This document shows positions 1 through 12,455 of a stretch of DNA of 64,000 bases, piece after piece. A program made the translations under genes and the position numbers. The DNA lies in assembly GCA_030770535.1 (NCBI GenBank), contig JASVEC010000029.1:62001-126000 (forward strand). The letters are read 5' to 3'. The notes beneath the pieces are model-generated. The model was not told the origin of the DNA, searched no databases, and saw only the letters and a list, made by a program, of their open reading frames with translations. The first letter of the stretch is position 1. Each line of letters starts with the position of its first letter. Source of the DNA: Batkoa obscura. Its lineage: Eukaryota.

Positions 1-388
1 AAGTCTAATAATTTAAATGTGGTGTATAAAAATGCCGAATTTTTTAAAGGTACGACCAATTCAAGTAATCTGTAAAGCCATAGGTATCAACATTAAGTGA
101 TCTTTTAAAAGCAATCCGTGTAAAGGGTCTCTTTTCTAAAGCCTATGAAATCCCATCTTTATGAGGTTTGCATTCTATTGAGCTTTTTTCATGTAAACTT
201 ATAGGAATTTGTGGGAATAATCATCTTCATTATATACATAAATAAAATAAAATATAATCTTTAAAAATCAATAATAGTTCGTTGATCCTCTAAATAGTAT
301 TAAAGTGGTTTTGAGTTTTCATTTAAATACACATACAGTAATAAAATAGTGATTTATATCATCATATTAAACAATTTATTAATTAAAG

Positions 389-958
389 TTAGTCTGTGTC
401 TGATTTTATACAACTTTTCTCACATTCTAATTTCGTTTTGAACGCTAAACAGCCATCATCACATCCACCAAAGGTAGAAGAAACACATCTAGATTTAACA
501 TAATCAAAATGGTAAGATGGTTTAGTAATGATACAGTCCCCTCGTTTAGAAGCAATGAAGCATTTAGCTGGTAAATCATCAAAAACTGATATATGCTTAG
601 CAGTAACACTAAACTCACAACCTTTTTGAGCAAAAGGTTCTGTCTTATTTAACTTCACTGCTTTTCCTTTGATACAAGCTTTTTCACATTCAGCTCTAGA
701 TTTAAAGGCCATACACCCATCATTGCATCCTCCAAACGATGATAGCACACAGTCAGATATCTCTGGATCATAATGATAACTTCTATAATATCCTAAACAG
801 TTACCTGGTAAACTAGCTATAAAGCATTTTCTAGAAAGTGTCGTTTGATGGTTTCTTAAACCTCCTTCATGTGTTGCATTACAACCTTTTTGTTCAAATG
901 AATTGATCTCTTTGCCTTTAAGTGATGCTATAAACGCTATAAAAAATAAAAACTTCAT
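389..958 (-). CDS. Secreted protein with two tandem BPTI/Kunitz-like protease-inhibitor domains
   Basis: Signal-like N-terminus; two repeats of C-x8-C-x6-Y-x-(Y/F)D-x5-C-x4-FGGC-x6-F-x5-C-x3-C (CFIASLPGNC...FGGCNDGCMAFKSRAECEKAC; CFIASKRGDC...FGGCDDGCLAFKTKLECEKSC); intronless. Confidence 0.85.
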   Translation of the reverse strand: MKFLFFIAFIASLKGKEINSFEQKGCNATHEGGLRNHQTTLSRKCFIASLPGNCLGYYRSYHYDPEISDCVLSSFGGCNDGCMAFKSRAECEKACIKGKAVKLNKTEPFAQKGCEFSVTAKHISVFDDLPAKCFIASKRGDCIITKPSYHFDYVKSRCVSSTFGGCDDGCLAFKTKLECEKSCIKSDTD

Positions 959-2199
959 TACAAAACATAGAATATAAGAAAATTTTGTCTTTTATATTCA
1001 CCATTTCCACATGACCAAATAAAGTTATTTTTAAAGTTCAGTATAATTGAACATTACGTAGTTTTCTAATTTTAACACTAGCGTTTAATGAAAAGTGGGT
1101 ATTTTGTCTTACTAATTGACTATTTTTAGATTTTATTACCGTTACCACAAAGCTTTACTAATGTAGTTTAAATGTGACTAAACTTTTTAACATATTATTT
1201 TTTTCATTTAAGATTTTAGTCATAAATCCATTACGATTTTAACAAATTTTTAAATAAAAACAAAAGATTAAAGAGTTTAACTACACTTAAATTACTTCAA
1301 TAGTATTTTATTGATTAAAACAGCAGTAATATTTCCTATGACATTTATGTATTTAAATTTGTAATTATGTGATTACAAGTCTAATTAAATGTTTTTTCTA
1401 ATTTTTACAACCAACAAGAAGGATGTAAAAAACTGAGCCTTTGTTATAGCTAATTTAATACTTTAATTTATACAATTAGTACTTTATGTGACCTGTTTTA
1501 AAAGAGAAGCACCATTAATTTATAAGTGTAAACTTCTTGTCTTTTGCTTTGTAATTTATTAAAAAAATCAAAAAGTAATAAATATAGACTCAGTTTTGTC
1601 TGTCACTAGGTGATGGAATATTAGGGCAATAATATTTTAAATTTTATGCTACATAAAAAAGGAACAAATAGATGCGATAAAAAACATTTCGAGATGTTCC
1701 TAGAAATAACCCTATAATATAATGTTGCTATCAGGTGATTCGCCTTCAGTTGAGATACAAGTAAGGCTGTAGGTAAAGAAGTAAAGTTTCAAGTAGTCTA
1801 TGAGCTTAATTGACTGTAAGTGAAATTAAGGCAACACAATTAGAACTAAATCTTTTACAGTTAACAATAGCTAATTTATTGTACTTGCAGTAATATAAGC
1901 TTTTTTAGTAGCTCTAAAGGCTAGCGTTAATATTTATTATATTAAAGCCTATACTGTCAATCATATAACTATAAATATATTTAATAAATCAAAAATATAA
2001 ATTAAAATTAAAATTAAACTTTCAGTTTTAAGTTAGTTAGTTATGAGTACAAATTACAACTATAAACTTAAATAACATATAATAATTCAAAATTTTATTG
2101 TATTATTTTCACTTGTCATTCCTTTTATTAGGATTTGATTTTTATTGTTAAAACATTTAATAACAACATAGTCGATAGTGTTATTATATAACATTCTCA

Positions 2200-3651
2200 C
2201 TATTTTGAAGGCTGGTTAAAAATAGTCTCATCAACTGAGCGATTCTCTTGTTTAACCATGTCCATACTTACCATCTGGTTTAAGTTCAAATTGCCAGTTA
2301 ATCTAGTGGTACTATCGTCAGCTTGTTGAAAGTGAGAAAAGGCATCGTTGCTATGATAATTGCTAGTACTGTCCAAATAAATCTTTGGGTTAATGAAAAT
2401 AGGATCGGTAATAATACTTGGAGGCCTTCCCCTTTTCAATTTACGCCTATAAAACACAAAAAGCAGACCTCCTAGAATCACAAAAAATCCAATTACCCCT
2501 CCTATACTACCACCTATTACAGCCCCAAGGCTATTGTTGCCAACATGATCATTTGAGCCATTATTTGTCGTATTTTTTTCTTTTAATAGTGGAGGTAATC
2601 CTCCAATGTTTTCCCAAGTTTGTGTGTCTATTATTTGTGTTTTATCTGAGCTTTCTGGAAGAACCATTGTACCTGAATAATTGACAAATCTAAAGCCAAA
2701 TGAATTTATTATATAATCCTTATAGTTAGTAAAACATCCCCAAGTGCCTATTTTAACTGTTTCGTTTATTTTAGTAAATGTAAATGATTGTAAATCTAAC
2801 CTAAATATATCAACCAAATCGGTTTTTTGATTTATTTCTGATCCAATGAAGTATACAATTTGACCAAATCTTACAAACCGAATATGTGGATAATATTTAA
2901 AAGGAATCTTATGCAGCGTTATTTCAAATGTTGATAAATCTAATTCATATAATATGTTATAATTAATGCCCGGCATATTATCCTTTATTAATACTTTAAA
3001 ATAATATAATTTGTTATTTAAAGCAAATAATAAATTAAATCTTGTTTTTTTGGTTGGTTCATAAATTGGCTTAATTTTCCTTGATTCAATATCAAATAAT
3101 TTTATTTGATAAGCTATATCTTTCTTTAATCTGATATCATAAAAATACCCTGATATGTAAAATTGTTTTGGATTTTTTTCGCTTTGTAGTATTGAGTATC
3201 CTATGTTATTAGCTTCAATAGCTTTTGTTTGTTGCTCATAGGAGATCTCTTTGACTAAATATTTATCATACCAATAAAGCTTATCAATATCAAAGTAATG
3301 AGCTTCTAGAGATGCGCCAGTAGAACCCATGAAAAAAGCAATGATTACATTTTTTTTGTTGAAGTTTTCAATGTAAAATAGCTTCGGGTCCATGGTAACC
3401 CCAACTGCATTAGTAATATTGTACCTTTCCCACGATGCCACATTATTAGAGATGGTCACCCCCTTTTTAAAATCTAATTTAAAAGCTTCATTATTTGGTA
3501 AAGTTACATTGTTTAAATTTGGAAGTGTTATTAATCCACCTATATAATATAATCCATCCTTTATTTCTATACATCCACCCCCAAATACTCTTGGAAGCAT
3601 TGTATGTATACTATTTATTAAAAAAAACAAAATTGGAAAAAGTAAAAACAT
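2200..3651 (-). CDS. Kelch/galactose-oxidase-like beta-propeller single-pass membrane protein, paralog 1
   Basis: Signal peptide, Kelch-like LYYIGG and VYFIG segments, TM helix (GAVIGGSIGGVIGFFVILGGLLFVFY) then RRKLKR; intronless. Confidence 0.7.
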   Translation of the reverse strand: MFLLFPILFFLINSIHTMLPRVFGGGCIEIKDGLYYIGGLITLPNLNNVTLPNNEAFKLDFKKGVTISNNVASWERYNITNAVGVTMDPKLFYIENFNKKNVIIAFFMGSTGASLEAHYFDIDKLYWYDKYLVKEISYEQQTKAIEANNIGYSILQSEKNPKQFYISGYFYDIRLKKDIAYQIKLFDIESRKIKPIYEPTKKTRFNLLFALNNKLYYFKVLIKDNMPGINYNILYELDLSTFEITLHKIPFKYYPHIRFVRFGQIVYFIGSEINQKTDLVDIFRLDLQSFTFTKINETVKIGTWGCFTNYKDYIINSFGFRFVNYSGTMVLPESSDKTQIIDTQTWENIGGLPPLLKEKNTTNNGSNDHVGNNSLGAVIGGSIGGVIGFFVILGGLLFVFYRRKLKRGRPPSIITDPIFINPKIYLDSTSNYHSNDAFSHFQQADDSTTRLTGNLNLNQMVSMDMVKQENRSVDETIFNQPSK

Positions 3652-4295
3652 TCTAGGTAGAAAAAGATTTTCAATTTAGTATTTATATTATGATATAGTT
3701 ATGATCAAAGATTACTTTAAGATTCAATCACCTATTAAGTTTGAAGACGTTGGTAATGTGTTCTTAATAGGTTCTTATATTAATTACAGCTTTCTTATTA
3801 CTATTCTTCAAGTTTATAGTTATAAAGCTTAAACATCGTTGATTTGCTATAAAGTTGTATTATTTGAAATAGCGCACTAAATATTTTCAGAAGTCTTAAT
3901 TTAAATAACATTTAGATATATTTTAAAAATACAGCATCTACAATTAAAATATTGAAAATATTTATAACTTACAACTATTGATCAAAATTTAGTTTATAAG
4001 TTTAAATTTCTATTCAATATCAAACATTAAATAAACTAATGATTCATTGGAAAGTGATAGACGTCTACAATTATTATTACTATTATTTATTATTTGAAAA
4101 ACTCATCTCTGGTATAATTATTGCAATAATACTGATGGCTAAGCGAGTGTAGTTATTTCCTTTGTAGCAAATTAATCAAAACTAAATAAAGCATTATACA
4201 TAATAATTAAAAAGTATTGTTGAAAAATTTGTTTAATATTATTTAGTTTGTTACAGACACAAATTATAATTATAAACCTTAATATAAAAATAAAT

Positions 4296-4394
4296 GGGGA
4301 TGTTTTTTTTGGCTTCATCACTTTTTCCATTTTTTAAGCGCTATTTGAGTGGAAAGATTGTTAATAAAATTCTTAAACAAAAAAATACATCCCC
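4296..4394 (+). mobile_element. 99-bp MITE, copy 1
   Basis: GGGGATGT...ACATCCCC terminal inverted repeats, conserved core TTAAGCGCTATTTGAG; flanks AAAT/ATAT. Confidence 0.9.
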
Positions 4395-4483
4395 ATATTG
4401 AATTTCAATATGTCTATTTAAATTAAAAAAATAGTCCACAATTTATTTGTATGATTTTAAATGATTGTTATAATACTAGACAA

Positions 4484-5962
4484 CTACATAATTGACGGTA
4501 TTCTTGTATGGTCTTCATTAGACTCTTCAGTATGTCCGAGAATAGTCTCATTAACTGAGCGATTCTCTTGATTAATCATAGTCATATTTCCTATTTGATT
4601 TAAATTCAAATTTCCAGTCAATCTGGTATTATTCTCATCGATTATATGAGAATGAGAAAAAATATCACTATTATCATTATCGTTGTTACTATCTACATGA
4701 ATGTTTGGATTGATAAAAATGGGATCAGTGATAATACTCGGAGGCTTTTCTTTTTTTAATTTACGTCTGTAAAATATAAAAAATATGCCAAATAAAAGTA
4801 GAAGTCCAACTACTCCTCCTATACTACCACCTATTATAGCTCCAAGGCTATTATTGTCAACATAATCATTTGAGTCATTGCTTGTCGTATTTTTTTCTTT
4901 TAATAGTGGAAGTAAACTTTCAACATTTTCCCAAGTTTGTGTGTTTATTATTTGTGTTTTATCTGAACTTTCTGGAAGCTTACCACCACGATAGTCAACA
5001 AATTTAAGACCAAAGGAATTTATTATATAGTTTTTGTAGCTAGCAAAGCATCCCCAAGTACCTATTTTAACTACATTATTTATTTTTGTAAACATAAATG
5101 GCTCTGAAGTTATTTCAAATATATCAGTTAACTCATCATCATATTTATCAGATCCAATAAAATATATTAACTGATTGACTTTTACAAATTGAATTTCACC
5201 ATACTTTTTGAAAGAAATCTTATGAGGTGTTATTTCAAACGTTGATAAACTCAATTCGTATAATGTGTTATAGTTAATATTCTCTTTATCATTTTCTATT
5301 GTTACTTCAAAGTAATACAATTTGTTAGTTAGTGCAAATATTAATTTAAACTTTGTTTCTTTTGGTGATTTATAAATTGTCTCGATTTCTCTTGATTCGA
5401 TATCAAATAGTTTTATTTGATAAGTCATATCTTTTTTTAATCCAACGTTGTAAAAATATCCAGATATATAAAACTGCTTTGCATTAGTTTCACTTTGAAG
5501 GATTGAGTATTCGGCATAATGATTCTTAACACTTTTTATTTCTGGTCTATAAGAAATCTCATTAATTAAATGTTTGTCATACCACTCGTATTTATCAATA
5601 TCAAAATAATGAACATATATAGCTGTGTCATAATTATCACTATGAAAATTAAGGATTGTATTTTTTTGGTTAAAGTTATCAATATAAAAAGGCATTGAAC
5701 GAACAAAAAATTCAGGTGCATTAGTAGCATTATACCTTTCCCATGATGCCACATTATTGTATAAAGTTACTCCTTTTTTAAAATCAAGTTTCAAAATTTC
5801 CTTGTTCATGTCTGGTACTTTATTTATATTTGGAAGCGTTGTAGACCCACCTATGTAATATAATTCATCTTTTATTTGTATACATCCACCACCATTTACT
5901 CTTGAAGATCGCGCGCTTATTTTATCTATTAATAAAAACAAAATTAATAAAAGTAAATTCAT
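4484..5962 (-). CDS. Kelch-like single-pass membrane protein, paralog 2
   Basis: Collinear with 2200..3651 (GGGCI, NNVASWERYN, KIGTWGCF, PESSDKTQII, PPSIITDPIFINP). Confidence 0.7.
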   Translation of the reverse strand: MNLLLLILFLLIDKISARSSRVNGGGCIQIKDELYYIGGSTTLPNINKVPDMNKEILKLDFKKGVTLYNNVASWERYNATNAPEFFVRSMPFYIDNFNQKNTILNFHSDNYDTAIYVHYFDIDKYEWYDKHLINEISYRPEIKSVKNHYAEYSILQSETNAKQFYISGYFYNVGLKKDMTYQIKLFDIESREIETIYKSPKETKFKLIFALTNKLYYFEVTIENDKENINYNTLYELSLSTFEITPHKISFKKYGEIQFVKVNQLIYFIGSDKYDDELTDIFEITSEPFMFTKINNVVKIGTWGCFASYKNYIINSFGLKFVDYRGGKLPESSDKTQIINTQTWENVESLLPLLKEKNTTSNDSNDYVDNNSLGAIIGGSIGGVVGLLLLFGIFFIFYRRKLKKEKPPSIITDPIFINPNIHVDSNNDNDNSDIFSHSHIIDENNTRLTGNLNLNQIGNMTMINQENRSVNETILGHTEESNEDHTRIPSIM

Positions 5963-6080
5963 TTTAAATAAAGTAATGCCTTTACATCTTCTATTTATAC
6001 TAGTTTACCTATAATTTAGAGTCGTGTCCTACTTAAATCTTGTGCTAATTTTAGAGAAGATAGTATTATGTTCTTAATAT

Positions 6081-6178
6081 GGGGATGTATTTTTGTGTTT
6101 AAGAATTTTACTAATAATCTTTCCACTCAAATAGCGCTTAAAAAATGGAAAAAGTGATGAAGCCAAAAAAGCACCACC
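6081..6178 (-). mobile_element. 99-bp MITE, copy 2
   Basis: Reverse orientation; flanks ATAT/ATGT; matching empty site in the paralog-1 upstream region near 3761-3780. Confidence 0.9.
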
Positions 6179-7461
6179 ATGTGTTCCTGTATTGATTCCG
6201 TTTTAATAACCTTCTTTGTTAAATCTTTGAATAAAAACTCAAAATTTTAAAGCTTGATATCATATGATTAACATGGTAATTAGTGTTTTGTTTATCAATA
6301 TGAATTGTTTAATTTAGAATATATCTGATTTGCTGTATTGAAAAACAAGGCATTTAATACATATCATAACTTGAATATTAAGTAGAATTTTTAAATAGCT
6401 TTGATTTAATTTTAAACATAATTTACAGCTATAGTTCGGGATTAAACTTTAAATAACCCAATGACTATTATTATTAAAAAAGGTTCAAATACCCTCAAAG
6501 TGTTACTTTTGTCAGTTTTAATATTTAAAAAGAGTGCTCCTGCTTTAAATTTTATAATGCAGTTGCCGGTTAAGCATCTATTATTGTTTATTTTATAGCT
6601 AAACGATAATTTTAATTGCAAGATTTAAAAAAAAAATTACATCGGAAGTTTACTGTTAAACTTATCATTATAAAGCATATTAAAAAAGTACAGTTCCTTC
6701 AGTCTGGGACTCAATCTTCTCAGATTGAATTTTTAGATGGATACTTGACAATATTTTTTATAATTTATAATTATTTATTTGAGTTCCTTTAGATGTTTTT
6801 AATAATACCTTGGTTCTTATTTTCATGTAGGTGTGTTTTTTGCTCAATATTGAAAAAAAGATTTAGATGATAAAACAATTTGCTCTTCACTGTAAGTAAA
6901 ATAAGAATACAATAAAATAAAAATATTTAAATTTCTTTGGAGTTAATTATTTTGGTTCATAGCTAATTATTAAAAAATATTTACAAAAGCATTTTAATTT
7001 TTATTATATATTATAAATTGCTTCCTTCATTTTAATACCTTCAACTATCCTTCCAAGTAAATTTGCTAAAATATTTCTATGATAGGACAATATCTTTTTA
7101 TCTCATTTTTTGTCTCATTTTTTATACAATAAAAACTTAAACACTATTAATTAATACTGAAATAGAGAAATGTGCTCTGATACCAAGTATTGATTTATTT
7201 TTTCTTACTCATTTGTGTTATTTTGAAAATTTGATGTATAAAAGTAAGGCTATACCGTTTATCTCATTTTATTTTTTACCCTATTTTTATACTATAAAAT
7301 TTAATACAATACAATACAATACTGTATATTTTTCTAAGCTGTTACATTGAACTTAAAGAAAGCTTTATTTGCTTTAATAGAAGTTATTATCAACTTTAAG
7401 AAAATCATTTTATAGAAATTTATTTCATGACCATAAATATTTATTAGAATAAAGTTTATAT

Positions 7462-7558
7462 GGGGATGTTTTTTTGGCTTCATCACTTTTTCCATCTTTT
7501 AAGCGCTATTTGAGCAGAAAGATTGATGGTAAAATTCTTAAAAAAAAAATACATTCCC
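7462..7558 (+). mobile_element. 99-bp MITE, copy 3
   Basis: TIRs and core; flanks ATAT/ATAT. Confidence 0.9.
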
Positions 7559-8075
7559 ATATAATAAACAAAACAGTCAAGGGATTGAGTTAACTTTTGA
7601 TGGCTTTTGAAGTATTGACATTACGGATAGCATTTTAATATGATAAATTCCTTATACCGTTACATAAAAAAGAATATAAATTAGAAGATTCTAATCAACT
7701 AGCGATGAATTGGAGTCTTTTAAACTAAGTGATATTTTTATAGTGTTTTTTAATGACAAATTAATTCAATATAATAAATCTTAGTAGAAAATTAAAGTGT
7801 GTACGACATGTATGATTTAAACGTTCACGTTATGATAAAATGTTAGATCCTTTAGTAGTTAATAGCCTTTTTAATAAAAAATTAAAAACTAAAACTTTCT
7901 TATCATCTTTAAAACAATTTCATTAATAACAGTTTTTTAAAAATTGTATTGTGATAAAGCCTTAAACCACAGCAACTGTAATCTGTAAGCAGATGCTAAC
8001 TTCAACCAATTAAATAGCAATGACTGCTTACTAAGAAAAATTACAAATTAGCCGAAATACCTTTATTTTTACAAA

Positions 8076-9632
8076 ATGTTAGTTAATAATCCAAATATAA
8101 GAAGATTTCATTATAAGATACAGCAAAACAAAAACATATACAGTAACAAATTAAAACTTTTACCAAGCAAGACCTCAAATAATGCTGGAAAAAGTCTATT
8201 GACTATGAAACGAAACTTCAAAACTCGAATGATTGACTTATTCTTACCAAAGGGATATCCAACCACTGTGGACACTGGATATTTAAAATACTCCCAATGG
8301 CAAATTTTACATAATGTTACAAGTACAGTAACAGGTGGTAAGTAAATTAATTTGAATAAGGTATAATTTAATTCTTAAACTTATATTTAGTTCTATCAAC
8401 CCAAAGTTTATTATATGCTATGGGTTTAGGTGCTGGTAGTATACCGGTAAGAAAAATATAAAACTACCAATTAGTAAACTAAAAGAGCCTAAAAATAGAT
8501 GGCAGCAGCCTTAAACTGGATCATAAAAGATGGTTTAGGACAACTAGGTGGGGTTATCTATGTAAGTTTAATGAATAACAAGTTTGACTCAAACCCAAAA
8601 AGGCATCGTATGTGGTCCGCAATTTCTATGCAATTAGCTTCTCTTTTAGAACTGTTTTCTCCTTGTGTCCCTCATTTATTCTTACCTTTGGCTTCCGTTT
8701 CTAACATTGGTATTTTTTTATTTTTTTATTTTTTTATTTGGTTTCGTAATGGTTTTGAATTAGGTAAAAACATTTCTTGGTTGGCTGCGTCAGCTACTAG
8801 GTAAAGTTGTAGTTTATTATGTTCTGTTTTAGCTAATGCTTGTTCTTATAGAGCTCAAATGAACTCAAGCTTTGCATTAAAAGACAAGTAAGTGTTAAAC
8901 TTAAAGGAAGATTAATTAACAAGTACTAAATAAAAGTTTAGCTTAGGAGACATAACGGCCAAAAGTGGTAGTCAAAGTACTTTAGCTGCAGTTTTAGGCA
9001 CGATGTTAGGGGTAGTGATCACACCACTTATAGGCAATGAGTTACCCAATTTAGTATTGGGGTTTTTACCCTTTTCTTATTTAAGTTTATATTCCATTCA
9101 CAAAGCGAATCAATGTGTCATTACTAAAAATTTTAATTTAGAAAGGATTGACTTATTATTAGACAATTATTTTAAAGAACACAAGCTGTTATCACCTAGT
9201 CAAATTGCAGATAAAGAAAGTTACTTTTTGAAATATAAATCCAAGGTTTATGGCAATTTTGTTAATGTTAATCCTTCTTTAAGTGATGTTAAATTTGAAT
9301 TACCCGCCGAAACAATGATTGAGTATTTAAATCAAAATCATTTTTTTATTGCTAAGAATGATAAGCAATTTTACTTATTTTTGGCAACTAATATTGATAA
9401 TGAAACTAAATTTAAAGCCTATTATTTAATTTATTATTATTATTATTTGGAGTTAAATAATAATAGTGACAACAACAATAAGACAAATATAAATAGTTTA
9501 GATGACTACAACAGTATAAAAAATCAGCATGAGTTAAATGACGTCATAAAAAAGTTATATCAAATGAAATGGAATATGGATACCTCCACTTTATTTAATA
9601 CCAAAAATTCGATTCAAGTTATCCCCTCTTAG
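8076..9632 (+). CDS. RUS1: RUS1/DUF647 (root-UVB-sensitive, RUSF1-like) family protein, multi-exon
   Basis: Motifs LFLPKGYP, YLKYSQW, VLSTQSLL, AAALNWIIKDGLGQLG, FDSNPK, LGDITAK joined across short GT-AG introns (e.g. 8338-8390, 8447-8498). Confidence 0.85.
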
Positions 9633-10596
9633 TATAAATCAACTCTTGATATTTCCCTAAATGAGCACTGTATCGTGCCATTACAAAAAAATAGTCACTT
9701 AGTCTAATTAAAATTAAATAAAACTAACTTTAAAATTTAACATTTAAATTTTACCTATTTAAATAAATTCCTATACTGTTATCGACCTGTCCTTCTTTTA
9801 TTAATGGTATCACTCTGCGCTCAGCTCGGCGTGTTAATGACCTAGCTATATGTAATGCTGAACTGGCTTTACCTCCGGACTAAATATTAATAATTGTTAA
9901 TAATAATAATAACTTTTCATGTGATTCTATTTACAGGTAAAATGAAATTCTTTAATGGAGGTAAATCAGCAGATAATTGATCAATATGTTGTTCCATTTC
10001 TTTTACCAAATTATTTTCTTGATCAAACTTTGTCAATTCTAAAAAAAATTTCATTAATTATTATAATATAATTTAAGGCCAAACTTACCTATTCTTTTTT
10101 CATGAATTGTATTATTCCTTGGTGTAGCTATGTGAGCACCAATATCTAATAAAGTACTTTGAATCTAAATATTAAAATATTATACAAATATTCTTAATAA
10201 ATATTACTTTTTTTAAAGGTTCATTCAATCCATTATTTTCTTCTTCACAATATTCTCTCGCTAAACTAAATGTAAAATAGATTTGAATTTGAATGAAACA
10301 GTGAACTGAAGATTTACCCTAATATCGAACTTAACTCATCCGTTGTTCCTAATGCTTCAAATACTATATCGTCCTTTTCTCTTCTCTCTCCGTTAAATAA
10401 GGAGCTTTTGCCTTGATTTGTTTAACTACGTAATCGTTTAACTATTATTAATTATCACCTTTATCGCCAGTTTTGGTGTAAATCTTAATCTGAGACAGAG
10501 CTGGAGTTAAAGTGCTATAAAGAATGAATATCATTTATTGTTTGATTGTTCTCATACTTTTATTTACCTAAACTTAGACGTTTTCATTAATTTCAT
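9619..10596 (-). CDS. MMAB: ATP:cob(I)alamin adenosyltransferase (PduO-type), multi-exon; absent from the ORF track
   Basis: Manual minus-strand splicing gives [61 protein letters not shown] at 10596, TAA at 9621-9619. Confidence 0.9.
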
Positions 10597-10837
10597 CACT
10601 ATCAATCTCATTTTTTTAAATTTTGTATTATGTCAATCGTAATAAAATGGTTTGAAAAAATTAGTTATGAATGCTTTTTAGTTCAGTTCTTGACCATTTT
10701 TTATTCGATATAAAATTAAAAATTTGTCAAAACATTAAAACAAAAAGCGCCATTCCAAATATTGTAATTTTATCTTATTGATACTAGCTATGATGCATTA
10801 TATTATAATATGATTTCAGTTTTAATTTCAGCTAAAA

Positions 10838-10893
10838 AATAATAAAATAATAAAATAATAAAATAATAAAATAATAAAATAATAAAATAATAA
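10838..10893. repeat. (AAATAATA)n minisatellite
   Basis: About 7 tandem 8-bp units. Confidence 0.8.
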
Positions 10894-12455
10894 TAGTTTA
10901 TTTAAATATTAGTATTAAAGCTATTATTTTGATTCTATAATTTTCAAAAAGTAAAAAAAAATTGATTTACATTTTCGCCCAAAACAGCTATTTTAGGGTT
11001 GTTTGGCACATTTGATATAATCGCTACCATCAATCCCTAGGTTCTAAGGTCTAATATTCAAATTATCATGTTAACTTTCGTAATAGTTGTCTACTAGACA
11101 ATGTATTATCTTCAATCAAACCCAATAAGGAATCCTTCATGCTCTGATGAGTAATAAGCTTATGTTTAAACCAAACATCATGTAATTTCTCTTGCATTCA
11201 TTGAATAATCAGAATCAGTTGCTTTAAAAATTCGATAAGCTCAAATAAAACCCTGTGGTATTTGAAAAAATACCACAGGATTCTTTGTAAAAATTTTGTA
11301 GTTTAAATAAATTTATAATCTGAATTTTATTAAATTATAATAAGAAATGCCCTTTTTCAATATTTTGTCCATTTTTTATGTATTATAAGTTAAAAAATGG
11401 TAATTGAATATAAAAACAAGAGGGATGCTCCTATTGTTACTTTTTGGTTGTAATTTTTTAATTCTTAGACTAAAAATGGGCAAGTATTTTATTAAATTAA
11501 AATGGTGTGTTAGAAATTATTTTCATTATTTTTAAAAATATGTTTTTTATTCGATAATAGCAACCTTTTTAAAATTAAAATTAAATAATCGTAATAGATA
11601 GAAGTTATATTAAATGCTTACAATAAAGTAAATAAAGTAGCAGCCAACAAGCTTAAATACTAAATAGCTAATTTTACTATAAATAAGACTATTAAAACAA
11701 ATAATATTTTATCAAATATTGTTTGATAATTAAAAATAATGGCTGATTTGAATATAGATTAGTTAGAAATTCCTTATTTAAACTGACAGTTAGAAACTTA
11801 CTATACTATTTTAATAAAAATCAAAAGTATTATTTACAACCTTAAACTTTAAACAGGGCAGGAATAATAATATAATTTGTAGTGTTTAATCAAAGTTTTG
11901 AAAAATTTATAGCGATTAAAGAGTAATTTCAGATTAAGGGTGGATGTTAATAATCATGTTAATAAAACATTAAAAGTGGAGTAAGAGGAATAAGCAATTA
12001 AATGTTCGTCTTTTCTTATTAAAGTACTACTATTAAACAAATATAAAAGAAAAATAAAACTATGTAAAAAAAAGGTTCAGATAATATTAGTATTTATTAT
12101 CATTATTGCCTATCTTCTATTTGAAGTTAGTTTTAATATTTGATATTGCATTTTTATTACTTTTTTATTATAAATTAATATTAAATTAATAAATCTTAAC
12201 TAAATTAAGTTAATCAAAAATACAATTATGTCATTGTTGGCTAAGTCAACAACTATTAGCTTAAACTTACAATCAGCTGAAACGAGGATTAATTGTTAAA
12301 TAACTAAGATTAAGGGTGTAGAAAATACAAAAATAAAAATAGTATAATAAAGAGGGTGGAAAAAAATAGGAAAAAAAGATAGTATAAATAAACAACAAAA
12401 AGTCGCCTTATATAAAATAAAATAAAACTTTTCAACTTATAAATTATATAAAAAA

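Noticed and set aside
1..230. Possible decayed minus-strand coding fragment
   Set aside because: Stops and frameshift, no recognisable motif, truncated by the window edge.
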